In this document: piece after piece, positions 39,530 to 48,791 of the stretch
Layout: each line of letters starts with the position of its first letter
Position numbering within the stretch: the first letter of the stretch is position 1
NCBI GenBank assembly: GCA_017513085.1
Contig: JAFWDK010000017.1
Location: forward strand, 1-56,809
Direction: 5' to 3'
DNA: 56,809 nt
DNA from: Clostridiales bacterium
Lineage (GTDB): Bacteria; Bacillota; Clostridia; Saccharofermentanales; Saccharofermentanaceae
Program-made: the position numbers and the translations under genes
The notes under the pieces: model-generated
Databases searched by the model: none
What the model saw: the letters and a program-made list of their open reading frames with translations, nothing else
Told to the model about the DNA's origin: nothing

Positions 39530-39985
39530 TTACTCCTTCACGATCTCAAATGAAAGTATAGAGGCAAGCGGAACCAGTTTTTCGATCATTGTGCCTTTTT
39601 TGCTCTGAGCCGAGACCTTCATCCAGTTACCTTCAAAACTATCTACCGTAACAACCAGGTCATAAAGATCGATGTCTGTTTCGCCATCGTAGAATCCCAG
39701 TTTCACTTTCTTTCCGACGATCCCGGAAAGAAGTTTTCCGTTACCTGCCGAAGGGGTCGTAACAGAAGAAGCATCGCCTATCTCCATATCGTCTTTTAAA
39801 AGATAGTCACAGCTGACCCCTAATATCGATGCAATATCCGATATCTTCTCTATATCCGGCATCACCGTTCCGGCTTCCCAGCGGCTTACTGTCTGGCGGG
39901 TAACGGATAGTTTTTCCGCAAACTCGATCTGCGTCAGACCGGATGCTTTTCGCTTAGCAGCTATTTTTTCTCCCATATGATTCAT
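39530..39985 (-). CDS. XRE family HTH regulator
   Basis: RKASGLTQIEFAEKLSVTRQTVSRWEAG. Confidence 0.9.
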   Translation of the reverse strand: MNHMGEKIAAKRKASGLTQIEFAEKLSVTRQTVSRWEAGTVMPDIEKISDIASILGVSCDYLLKDDMEIGDASSVTTPSAGNGKLLSGIVGKKVKLGFYDGETDIDLYDLVVTVDSFEGNWMKVSAQSKKGTMIEKLVPLASILSFEIVKE

Positions 39986-40442
39986 GGATCTTTCCTCCTG
40001 GATAAATTATTTCACTTACCGGATCGGTCGTATTTTCCATCCGGTTACAGTTTCGATTGTATTCATTTCGCCTCACCCCGACAAGAAATTCTCATGTGCA
40101 AAATGTAACATGTCGGTTTACATCGCCCTGTTTTCACTCAAATAAATCTATTTCGAAACACTGTTATGTCTCTATTCTAAGAAGAAAAATTAAATCATGT
40201 ACAAAAAAGGATTAAGGTAATCTAAAGATTCCCAAGCATATCTTTACAGACTTCAAAATATCAGTCTTTATTTGCTATGGACAGCAAGAATATAGTTCTT
40301 CCCGATCATTGTGTTTCCCTTTATTACGAAAGTCCTCCCCGATACAATATTTTCAAGCGTGAAAGGTGAGCTTTCAGGGTAAACGGAAGAGCCTTCACGC
40401 AGCATAATCAATCATATATTTGACGGTAGGGAGGTAGGGATT

Positions 40443-42164
40443 ATGCCAAGGGAAGTAATTTTTTTAATTGGAGCGGTCGTCGCTGGAGTCATTCTGATCA
40501 CGATTCTACTTTTTGCGATGATCAAGACAGCGAAAGGTAACGAGGCGCTGGTCGTATCCGGCGTCGGAGCCACCGACAAGAACGGCAATCCGAAGATCAA
40601 GAGAGCCGGCGGTTGCGTGGTCATCCCCTTCATTCAGAAAGCGAAGTACTTCGATCTATGTGTCCGCACAGCCAAGGTCACGGGAGACGTTACCAAAACA
40701 CAGACAGGTGTTCCGATCCAGATCGATTGGGCCGTAGCCTACAATCCGGATGTTTCCTCGAATGAGAGCCTGCAGCGCGCAGTCTGTAATTTCCTCGACA
40801 AGAATGACAAAGAACTCGAGCGAGTGATCCTGGATGTAGTATCCGGCGGTGTGCGCGCAGTCATTGCCAAGATGACACCGGAAGAGGTCATGAACGGAAA
40901 AGACAAGCTCGATGATCAGGTCAAGGAGTCGATCTCCACACAGATGAAGGATCTGGGTTTCAATACGATCCTTTCGATCCATGAGGTCGAAGATGCAGAC
41001 GGCAGCACCTATTACAAAGATCTGGCTGCAAAAGACCGTGAAACCAGACGTCGCGATGCAGCCAACATCTCCGCAGAAGCAGAACAGTCCATGCGTGAGA
41101 AAAGAGCCGATACGGACCGTATCGCTCAGGAAAAAGAACTGGATGCGCAAGTAGCCGTAGCGGAGCGTCAGCGCGATACAGATGTGAAAAGAGCTCAGTT
41201 TATGGCAGAGACAGCGCGTGAGCAAGCAAAGTCCCAGATGGCGGGTCAACTGGAACAAGAGTCCATCAATCAGCAGCTCGCGGAGAAGAAAGGTGCCGTC
41301 ATGGTCACCCAGGCCGAGCAAGCAAACCGTGCTGCACTAAAGCAGCAGGAAGTTGAAATCACACGTGCGGAAACAATGAAGCGTACCACTGTCATCAACG
41401 CTGAAGCTGAGGCCGAGCGAAAGAAGGCGGAAGCCGCCGGTGAAGCAGAAGCTAAAAAAGTATCTGCTGCAGGTAATGCGGAAGCCCAGAAATTGACTGC
41501 AGCAGGCGAGGCAGAAGCCGCCGCTGTCAGAAAGACACGTGAAGCATCTGCTGCAGCCGATGCAAGAAAGATGGAAGCGGATGGTGCCGCCACCGCCAGA
41601 AAGACGGAAGCAGCCGCAGAAGCAGAAGCCGTAAAGGTTCAGGCCGATGCAGAGGCAACCGCCACCATCGCAAAAGGTGAAGCCGAAGCTCAGGCGATCG
41701 CCGCTAAAGGTAAGGCTGAGGCAGAAGCTATCGAAGCCAAAGGCAAAGCGGAAGCAGAAGCAGCACGTGCTCTCTCCGATGCGCAGGCTGCGAACGACAA
41801 AGTCAACTTCGAACTAAAGAAGATCGAAATCGAGCAGAGCACTCGCGTACAAGTTGCAACCAATATTGCAACCGTCATGGCCGAGGTTGGCAAGAATGCC
41901 AAGTTCTACGATTTTGGCGGAGGCGCCAAGCAAGAGGGCGGCGGAGATCTTCTCACCGGGATCCTGGGTCGCATTCCTCAGGTCTTTGCACAGGCCGATA
42001 TGCAGAATCAGGCCATGAATGGTGAAGAGCTCACCGATACGGTTAGGAAGCTGGTCGCAGCAGTCGCAGATCCGATCAAGGGCAAGAAAGTGCCTGCGGA
42101 TGCGAAAGAGGCTGTCACAAATACATCTTCCGCGAAAGTGATCGAAGCATCCGATCAAGCTTGA
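40443..42164 (+). CDS. Flotillin / SPFH domain protein
   Basis: N-terminal TM, NEALVVSG SPFH start, long AEA-rich coiled coil. Confidence 0.9.
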   Translation: MPREVIFLIGAVVAGVILITILLFAMIKTAKGNEALVVSGVGATDKNGNPKIKRAGGCVVIPFIQKAKYFDLCVRTAKVTGDVTKTQTGVPIQIDWAVAYNPDVSSNESLQRAVCNFLDKNDKELERVILDVVSGGVRAVIAKMTPEEVMNGKDKLDDQVKESISTQMKDLGFNTILSIHEVEDADGSTYYKDLAAKDRETRRRDAANISAEAEQSMREKRADTDRIAQEKELDAQVAVAERQRDTDVKRAQFMAETAREQAKSQMAGQLEQESINQQLAEKKGAVMVTQAEQANRAALKQQEVEITRAETMKRTTVINAEAEAERKKAEAAGEAEAKKVSAAGNAEAQKLTAAGEAEAAAVRKTREASAAADARKMEADGAATARKTEAAAEAEAVKVQADAEATATIAKGEAEAQAIAAKGKAEAEAIEAKGKAEAEAARALSDAQAANDKVNFELKKIEIEQSTRVQVATNIATVMAEVGKNAKFYDFGGGAKQEGGGDLLTGILGRIPQVFAQADMQNQAMNGEELTDTVRKLVAAVADPIKGKKVPADAKEAVTNTSSAKVIEASDQA

Positions 42165-42200
42165 TCGCTCATAAAGAATCAGAGTCCAGGGAATAGGGAC

Positions 42201-42254
42201 GATGGGAAAAGCCCCGGAAGTCATGGAATACCAAGACTTTCGGGGTGCTTTTTT
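42201..42254. repeat. Palindromic intergenic repeat / bidirectional terminator, copy 1
   Basis: aaaagccccggaagtc-atggaataccaa-gactttcggggtgctttt between convergent genes. Confidence 0.7.
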
Positions 42255-42343
42255 CAGCGTCGATTATTTCTGTAAAACTTATCCGGTCCGAAAAGAGAGT
42301 AAATAAGCAGTTGCAATTGCCGGTTGATACATTTCCAAGCCGG

Positions 42344-43459
42344 CTACAGCGACCAGCTTTCTTTCCAGTGTAATTTCGGGAACTCTTCTTCCCATGTAAA
42401 CGGGAGCCATACATATCGTGCTTTGGACGTGTCGGCCGATCCCATGAGCGGTGCTTTGGCAAGCGCCAGCATATCTTTTGGGGATGGATGAAGTGACTTA
42501 TCTACACGGCTATAGATCACCCGATAAAAAACATCATAGCGCTCTTTGGTCATAACATAATCCGGGACCCAGCGGTCAGCCATCATGACATACGTGTCCG
42601 TCCCTTCCACGCGGAATACGTGACTCGGCTGGCTGTTAAAGGATGCAGAACTGGCATCGTCCACACACGGGTCTCCCATGACCGTAAAAGGGCCCATCCA
42701 GTCATCAGCCACTGCGATCTCTGTCGGGTTGGGACAGTATCCTGTCATGCCGGACGTGATCAGGTAGTGCTTCCCGTTACGCATGAAGTGCGCCGGTGCT
42801 TCACGTGTCAACGGCGGTTTCAGAACATCATATACGATCGATGGTTCTCCCTGGACATTGGTAAATTCTTCGTTTAGTTTGGCAACCAGCAGAGTCTGAT
42901 GGTCTGCCTCGAAGTAGATATAGGCCTCTCCCTTCTCCGTGTCCAGAGCCAGATCAAAATCTCCCGACTCATGACCATAAGGCTGAAGGAAAGGCTCCAC
43001 CAGTGTATAAGGCCCCGTGATCTGATCTGCTGTTAGGACTGCATAGTGATTTTTGTCACAGTATTTTACCCACAGAACATACTTCCCGGTTTTCGGATTA
43101 CGAAGAAGATGGGGACGGTCCAGCCGGCGGTTCGGATGGAAGATGCTTTTCTTATTCTGTGGCTCCGGCTCGATGATATGTCTCTCGAACTTCCAGTTAT
43201 AAAGATCCGTGCTGGAATAAAGGCGAATGCCCCAGGTCCAGGTCTTTCCCCTCTTGGATGTATGGCTCTTATCCTCACCAAGCCAGTAGTACACACCATC
43301 TTCCTGATACATCGTGCCACCATGGGCTTCGATCGGATTCCCATCCGTATCTGTCCAGAGTTGTCCGGGAAAAAAGGATTTCCTGTCTTTTGCCATACTA
43401 TCCTGTGTCATGGGAAACTTCTCCTCGTCTTTTTCTATTTTTATTATATCATTATCCAT
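42344..43459 (-). CDS. Glycoside hydrolase family 43 (galactanase-like subfamily)
   Basis: IEAHGG, YYWLGE, YSSTDLYNW, REAPA, SFNSQ, MADRW. Confidence 0.85.
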   Translation of the reverse strand: MDNDIIKIEKDEEKFPMTQDSMAKDRKSFFPGQLWTDTDGNPIEAHGGTMYQEDGVYYWLGEDKSHTSKRGKTWTWGIRLYSSTDLYNWKFERHIIEPEPQNKKSIFHPNRRLDRPHLLRNPKTGKYVLWVKYCDKNHYAVLTADQITGPYTLVEPFLQPYGHESGDFDLALDTEKGEAYIYFEADHQTLLVAKLNEEFTNVQGEPSIVYDVLKPPLTREAPAHFMRNGKHYLITSGMTGYCPNPTEIAVADDWMGPFTVMGDPCVDDASSASFNSQPSHVFRVEGTDTYVMMADRWVPDYVMTKERYDVFYRVIYSRVDKSLHPSPKDMLALAKAPLMGSADTSKARYVWLPFTWEEEFPKLHWKESWSL

Positions 43460-43572
43460 TCCTGCCCGGACACTCTTAAGTTTTTCTCCGGCAGGGCTTT
43501 TTCAAACTCCAAACGAGCCAATTCAACCTATATGGTACAATGAACACAAAGAAAGAATCGGAGGAATTTTGT

Positions 43573-44238
43573 GTGAAAAAGCTTATTAGTGCCTTTCTAT
43601 GCATCGCACTTTCTTTCAGCCTGTTCGGCTGCAAAAGTGAGAAAGAAACGACAAGTGTTACGACTGAGAATTCAATAGAAACTACAACAGAATCGACAAC
43701 GGAAGAAACGACCACGGCTACGACTTCTGAAAGCACTACAGAAACTCAATCAGAAACGACTATCCTTGATGAAGAGACAAGTTTACTTAAAGGATATCCG
43801 ATGTTTACGCTCTCTTCCGAGGATCTTAAGGACAACTACTGGCCTGATATCTGTTCTCATGTTGCTCCTGGCCAGGATCTGTCTCCGGCACTTTCCTGGG
43901 AGCCGGTAGAAGGTGCTTCTGTCTATGTGATCTACATGGTCGATCCTGATGCGAATTACTGGCTTCACTGGAAGCAGAACGGCATCACGGAGACGAATCT
44001 TGCCCAAGGTTTCGGGGGCACTGACTTCGTTGGTCCATATCCGCCGAGCGGCGCTACACATCAATATGAGATCTACGTTATCGCACTCAAGACTCCGCTA
44101 GCCAAGGTCAAGGGCGGGCTTAACAGCAAAAATCTGAAGATTGCCGATTTCATGCAGGCCTTGGATACTGATGACGATGGAAACACAGGAAATATCCTCG
44201 CTTATGGGCGGATCTCAGGTCTGTTTACCGGCAAATAA
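43573..44238 (+). CDS. YbhB/YbcL (PEBP) family lipoprotein
   Basis: Lipobox LFGC; SPALSW, MVDPDA, GPYPPSGATHQY. Confidence 0.85.
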   Translation: MKKLISAFLCIALSFSLFGCKSEKETTSVTTENSIETTTESTTEETTTATTSESTTETQSETTILDEETSLLKGYPMFTLSSEDLKDNYWPDICSHVAPGQDLSPALSWEPVEGASVYVIYMVDPDANYWLHWKQNGITETNLAQGFGGTDFVGPYPPSGATHQYEIYVIALKTPLAKVKGGLNSKNLKIADFMQALDTDDDGNTGNILAYGRISGLFTGK

Positions 44239-44259
44239 ACTGTACCTGAAAATATGGAT

Positions 44260-44310
44260 GATGGAAAAGCCCCGGAAAGTCATGGGAAACCAAGATTTTC
44301 CGGGGCGCTT
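44260..44310. repeat. Palindromic intergenic repeat / bidirectional terminator, copy 2
   Basis: Near-identical to 42201-42254, again between convergent genes. Confidence 0.7.
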
Positions 44311-44348
44311 GTTATGTCACTTATCTGACGTCTCCTTAACGACGCAAA

Positions 44349-44837
44349 TCATTGGACCGGAGCAATCATCAGTGGGATCCTGAATGCAGCTTCGTAGCCA
44401 TATGCCTTTAAGTTCTCGCAAACCACCCTGTTCATTCTGTTGGCAAATGTCATCAGGAATTTCACGTCTCTCATTGACTCGATCTGAGGAACCATTTCAC
44501 GCGAAAGAGTCTCAAGTGTTATGCGCTTGATCTCTTCTCTTTGTGCATTGGGATCCAGCGTGCTCTGTCCCATCGGTTTTGCCAGAATTGTTCCGTGAAT
44601 CTTCATGATCACGTTTTGGCCACTTGAATTAGTGCCTAATGCGATCGGTTCAATACTATCGAGAGAAGCCATGACGACTCCGTCCGGAAGCTTGTTATGT
44701 GGGCGTGCCTGGTGACTGGCTTGAGGTCTTGCTGTTCCTGCAGCTGCCGCTTTTTCGGCGCGCTGTCTTTCAATGTTTGCATTTGCCGCTTCCGCACCTC
44801 TTTGCATAGCAGCTTTGAAATTATCCAAAAAACCCAT
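44349..44837 (-). CDS. Hypothetical protein
   Basis: Strong RBS AGGAGGAG; MGFLDNFK start. Confidence 0.75.
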   Translation of the reverse strand: MGFLDNFKAAMQRGAEAANANIERQRAEKAAAAGTARPQASHQARPHNKLPDGVVMASLDSIEPIALGTNSSGQNVIMKIHGTILAKPMGQSTLDPNAQREEIKRITLETLSREMVPQIESMRDVKFLMTFANRMNRVVCENLKAYGYEAAFRIPLMIAPVQ

Positions 44838-44906
44838 TTCTATTCTCCTCCTGTTTTTCGGGATGCCAACCTAATATCTTGACTATAGCACACTCCCGGT
44901 AATACG

Positions 44907-46397
44907 TCATTCCACTCTCCAATGACCGACATTCGTACCGTGAGCATTGCCATCTGCGCTGATGATATAATTCTTTTCGAAATTATTCCCCATGATGATA
45001 AAAGTGAGACGTACCCTTCCATTATAGTGTGCTTTATTATTTTTCGCCTGCTCCAGCTGGTCGATCGTAATATTTTGTTTCACACCTGACAGCACTTCCA
45101 GCCGGCGGTTCAGTTCCACCATTTGCTCATCATTGACAACTCCGTTCTCACTTGTTGCCGGGAAATCGCAAGTGTCTCCATATGTGCCCACTGAGTAGGA
45201 ATCCGCTTCTTTGTTCACCATACCCACTCCATAGGCAAGGTGAAGATTGTTTAAATCGAACTCCATGTTATATGCCTCACGGCCATCCTGACTGATCCAG
45301 CGTTCATATGTATATTTGACAGAGCTTTCCGATGCTTCCGAAGAACCGTTATAGAATTTATTTGCGAAAGTCGCCGGATCAAGAATGTTCTCGTTTCCAA
45401 TATCGCCTCCCAGCACTTCATTCGGGAGTCCGCCGAAGTTTTCCGCGATCGGAGAGTAATCACCCTGATAGTAGATTGATGGTGCTTTTCCAGGATTCAT
45501 ATCGATACAGAAATACAGGCTTGCATTGGCTTCGCCCAAGTCCATAGCGGTTCTGGTGAAGCGGACATTCATCCCGTCCTTCTTCACGGAAACGTTCATA
45601 TTGTTCGGCTTCTTCTGTGCCTTCGCTGCATCTGTTTCCTTTCCATAAAGAAGCACTGTACCCAATTCCTCGCCATAAACACTCTTTACCACACGGAAGA
45701 CGTTTTCCTGTACAGCCGGATCAGAAAAATCAAGTTTCGCGAATCGGACAGATACGAAAAAAGCACCTGTAAACTGGACGGTATTGTATTGATACTGCAC
45801 TTCGAACGGGTTTCCCGAATACAATCCGGCGCTTCCTTTATCGCTTGGCGCTGCTGCAAGAAGGCCGATCGAGTAATGAAACCGCCAAGGAGATTCTCCG
45901 TCACCTTTAGCACATTCACCCGCTTCCTTATAGTAATCGGTGACTGAACCGAGGCTTTGGATCCAGGCATCTTCCTTCAGCGCCGGGATCACGCTCTCGC
46001 ATCCATCCCCGATCTGTGCAGTATAAAGCGTAAGCTTTTTCTTTTTCTCTGTCTCAAGTTCCTCACTGGTATATGCCGGGATATGATCTTCAAACTTTAA
46101 GGAATCATCCAATTCCCATAGGGTCTCATCTCCGGCTTCCTTCTCTTTTTCCTTTTCCGTTTCGGTCTTGGAATCAGTTGTGGAATCAGTATCCTTGGTC
46201 GTCTTCGAAGTCTTCTTGCTTGTTTCCTTCGAATCAGCTTTAGAATCATCCGTCATCTCGACTACTTCCGAAGACCCGCCAGTCGTCTTCTTGAATGATT
46301 CCGATTCTGTCCCTTCTTTTTTGGATGCACAGGCCGAAGCCAGCATGGAAACCGTAAGACATACTCCTAAAACTGTTGTTATTTTATTCTTCTTCAT
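44907..46397 (-). CDS. Lipoprotein of unknown function
   Basis: ATG 46397 after GAGGAG; ASAC lipobox; Ser/Thr/Lys-rich linker. Confidence 0.8.
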   Translation of the reverse strand: MKKNKITTVLGVCLTVSMLASACASKKEGTESESFKKTTGGSSEVVEMTDDSKADSKETSKKTSKTTKDTDSTTDSKTETEKEKEKEAGDETLWELDDSLKFEDHIPAYTSEELETEKKKKLTLYTAQIGDGCESVIPALKEDAWIQSLGSVTDYYKEAGECAKGDGESPWRFHYSIGLLAAAPSDKGSAGLYSGNPFEVQYQYNTVQFTGAFFVSVRFAKLDFSDPAVQENVFRVVKSVYGEELGTVLLYGKETDAAKAQKKPNNMNVSVKKDGMNVRFTRTAMDLGEANASLYFCIDMNPGKAPSIYYQGDYSPIAENFGGLPNEVLGGDIGNENILDPATFANKFYNGSSEASESSVKYTYERWISQDGREAYNMEFDLNNLHLAYGVGMVNKEADSYSVGTYGDTCDFPATSENGVVNDEQMVELNRRLEVLSGVKQNITIDQLEQAKNNKAHYNGRVRLTFIIMGNNFEKNYIISADGNAHGTNVGHWRVE

Positions 46398-46513
46398 TAT
46401 TCTCTCCTCAAATTCATGAAGGGCCGTATCACCCTTCTTTTTCAATGCGCCTATTATATTCAAGAAATTATTAAAAGTTCATTAAATCAAACCTCCTGTC
46501 TGTGTTTCATTAC

Positions 46514-46544
46514 TAAGACACATACAGGAGGCAATTTATTCGAA
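46514..46544 (-). promoter_or_regulatory. Putative ECF promoter, copy 1
   Basis: TTCGAAT-N15-TGTGTCTTA, same as 48219-48249. Confidence 0.6.
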
Positions 46545-46571
46545 AGAATTTGAAAAAAAATTTCCCGAGGC

Positions 46572-48188
46572 TTACAGATCCTTATATTCGTAGGTATAAC
46601 TCATCCACTCTTTCTTGCCATACAATTTGGTTTTTCTGATCAGACGGCCTTTTCCATCGTATTCATATGTAGTGGAATCATTGAGCTGTTTACCATACGA
46701 GTGCTCCATCAGTGTAAGCTTCCCCTGGCTATCGTAAGTATAGACGAAGTGTTCAGCCTGGAGCGCCCGATACTCGTCCAGCAGTTTTCCGTCGGCACTA
46801 TACCTGCAGTAGTCCTTGGACTGTACCATCTTTTGTTTCAGAATATCCCAATCCGTGATCCTTGTTGTATATGTACCGTCGTCTGCGTACTCGTAGTCAC
46901 AGTACCAGAAGACCTTATCAGAACCGGTATTGTATCTGGTCACTTTGATGAGACGGCCCTTCGTATCGTACTCATATACTTCGTATTTCTTCGGTTCTTT
47001 TTCGAAGTAGCCGCTGTCCATACGCTCGATGCCAAAAGCACCGTAGGTATACTCTTTATATAGACCATATGTTTTGTCGGATGCATCCCAGTGTTCCTCA
47101 CGAGTGATCCGGCCGTCCGGATCGTAAGTATAGTAATCTGAATAGATGAGAACATTTTCTTCGTTGTAAGCGCACTCCAGGACCAGAAGGCCATCGGCAC
47201 TGTAATACAAAGTATTCTCCGTCTCATCGGTGTCATCGTGATAATTGTGGGATGTCCCGGTCCTTACATATCCCCCATGAAGATCAAGTTGATCCGGAGT
47301 CATGCCCAATACATTAATGTTTTTCTTCGTCTCCTTGAACTCATCGGAAGAGCCGCTCTCTTCTTCTGAAACACCTGTGTTCACTCCGGTTATAGAAGAT
47401 TCCGGTGTTTTGTCCTTCGGTCTGATCATGGATCGGTATCCGAAGAATCCGAGCGTGCCGATAGTTCCTGCCGCCAGGATGCCGACGACGATGTTGCGGG
47501 CAATAATCACGGCGGATGCTTTTGCAGCGGCAGAAACCGCTGTCGCGCCTGCTGCTTTCGAAGATGCGAAAAGATTAAGAAGCGATGCCGGCATAGGCTT
47601 GAAGACCACCTGCTCGGCTTCTTTTTCGAAAAGCTTGGTCAGGAACGGGATGCCCATCGTAAACAGTTTGTCCTTGTTATCTTTTTCATACTTTTCAACC
47701 TCCTTTTTGATTTTCTTTTTTGCGTAATTCAATCGAGAAAGGACGGTTCCCTGGGGAATGTGCAGAGCTTCGGCGATCTCTTTGATCGACATTTCATCGA
47801 AGTAGAAAAGAATAATGGTCATCGCGGTATCTTCAGAGAGTGTATTGTGGATGATATCCATGATGATCTTCCGTTTTTCTTCCGATTCTATGATCGAATC
47901 CGGAAGGAAATCCTCGCCGATATCCTCAGTCTCTTCCAGGACTTCATCATCGACATTGACCGTTCTTCTCCTCGTCACGATATTCAGGCTCTTATTTGCC
48001 GCGATCTTCTTGACCCAAGCAACTGCTTTCGACTTATCCTCCAGGGAGTCGTAGTGTTCAAAAGCGCTGATAAAAGTTTCCTGTACCACATCTTCTGCAT
48101 CTTCCTTGTTCTTAAGGATCGAGAGTGCCGTCCAGTACACCGGTTTGTACGCTTCGTGATAAAGTTTCTCGAGTTCTTGCTGTGTCAT
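46572..48188 (-). CDS. ECF sigma factor fused via a TM helix to a YD-repeat-like extracellular domain
   Basis: DAEDVVQETF and SIKEIAEALHIPQGTVLSRL; TM IVVGILAAGTIGTLGFFGY; repeats YTYDPDGRI, YEYDTKGRL, YTYDSQGKL, YEYDGKGRL. Confidence 0.88.
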   Translation of the reverse strand: MTQQELEKLYHEAYKPVYWTALSILKNKEDAEDVVQETFISAFEHYDSLEDKSKAVAWVKKIAANKSLNIVTRRRTVNVDDEVLEETEDIGEDFLPDSIIESEEKRKIIMDIIHNTLSEDTAMTIILFYFDEMSIKEIAEALHIPQGTVLSRLNYAKKKIKKEVEKYEKDNKDKLFTMGIPFLTKLFEKEAEQVVFKPMPASLLNLFASSKAAGATAVSAAAKASAVIIARNIVVGILAAGTIGTLGFFGYRSMIRPKDKTPESSITGVNTGVSEEESGSSDEFKETKKNINVLGMTPDQLDLHGGYVRTGTSHNYHDDTDETENTLYYSADGLLVLECAYNEENVLIYSDYYTYDPDGRITREEHWDASDKTYGLYKEYTYGAFGIERMDSGYFEKEPKKYEVYEYDTKGRLIKVTRYNTGSDKVFWYCDYEYADDGTYTTRITDWDILKQKMVQSKDYCRYSADGKLLDEYRALQAEHFVYTYDSQGKLTLMEHSYGKQLNDSTTYEYDGKGRLIRKTKLYGKKEWMSYTYEYKDL

Positions 48189-48218
48189 TTTGTGCCTCCT
48201 GTTTTTCGCATCTGCTAA

Positions 48219-48249
48219 TAAGACACAAAAAGAGGTAGAAATATTCGAA
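48219..48249 (-). promoter_or_regulatory. Putative ECF (autoregulatory) promoter, copy 2
   Basis: TTCGAAT-N15-TGTGTCTTA directly upstream of the sigma gene. Confidence 0.6.
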
Positions 48250-48274
48250 GATCAGTTTCTATGAAGAAACTGTA

Positions 48275-48715
48275 TCAATCTGCCTGAAGTATTTTTCCAA
48301 CGATCGAAGAAACCTCATCCACCGCCGTCATAGTATTCAAAGTCGCGTTAATGGTATTGGGATCCGTTTCTCCCTCATCCTCCGGTTCAACATGATCCTT
48401 GGCGCCACCGATCTGACCCGGCTTCGGCGCCATGCTGACAATGATTTTCTTGGGCTGGGCATCCACATATACGTAGTTCACCTTATGAGCCCAAGCATAT
48501 ACGATCACCTGGCGTTCTTTTCCAAAAGCACGTATCCATCCCATTTTCGGGATTCCGCACCAGGATTCTTCCTTTTTCAGAAGTTCGAGCATTTTTTCAT
48601 TATCCCAACCATGCGGATTCTTGAATTTCTTATATCCATATGTTTCAGATCCGGTTCCTTCAACCACCTCGACCGTGTCTGACGCCAAATCTGAAAGAAA
48701 ATCGAAAAGACCCAT
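48275..48715 (-). CDS. Hypothetical protein
   Basis: RBS GGGAGG; MGLFDFL start. Confidence 0.75.
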   Translation of the reverse strand: MGLFDFLSDLASDTVEVVEGTGSETYGYKKFKNPHGWDNEKMLELLKKEESWCGIPKMGWIRAFGKERQVIVYAWAHKVNYVYVDAQPKKIIVSMAPKPGQIGGAKDHVEPEDEGETDPNTINATLNTMTAVDEVSSIVGKILQAD

Positions 48716-48791
48716 ATTACATCCTCCCAAATATAGTATGCATAGAATCATTGTAGCATTCTTTTCAATTCAAAACTGAATCATATAACCA

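Noticed and set aside
40357-40400. Hairpin in the flotillin 5' region
   Set aside because: Short 7-bp closing stem, single copy, no recognisable motif.
41380-41780. Repetitive GCC/GAA-rich DNA
   Set aside because: Explained by the normal AEA coiled-coil repeats of flotillins.
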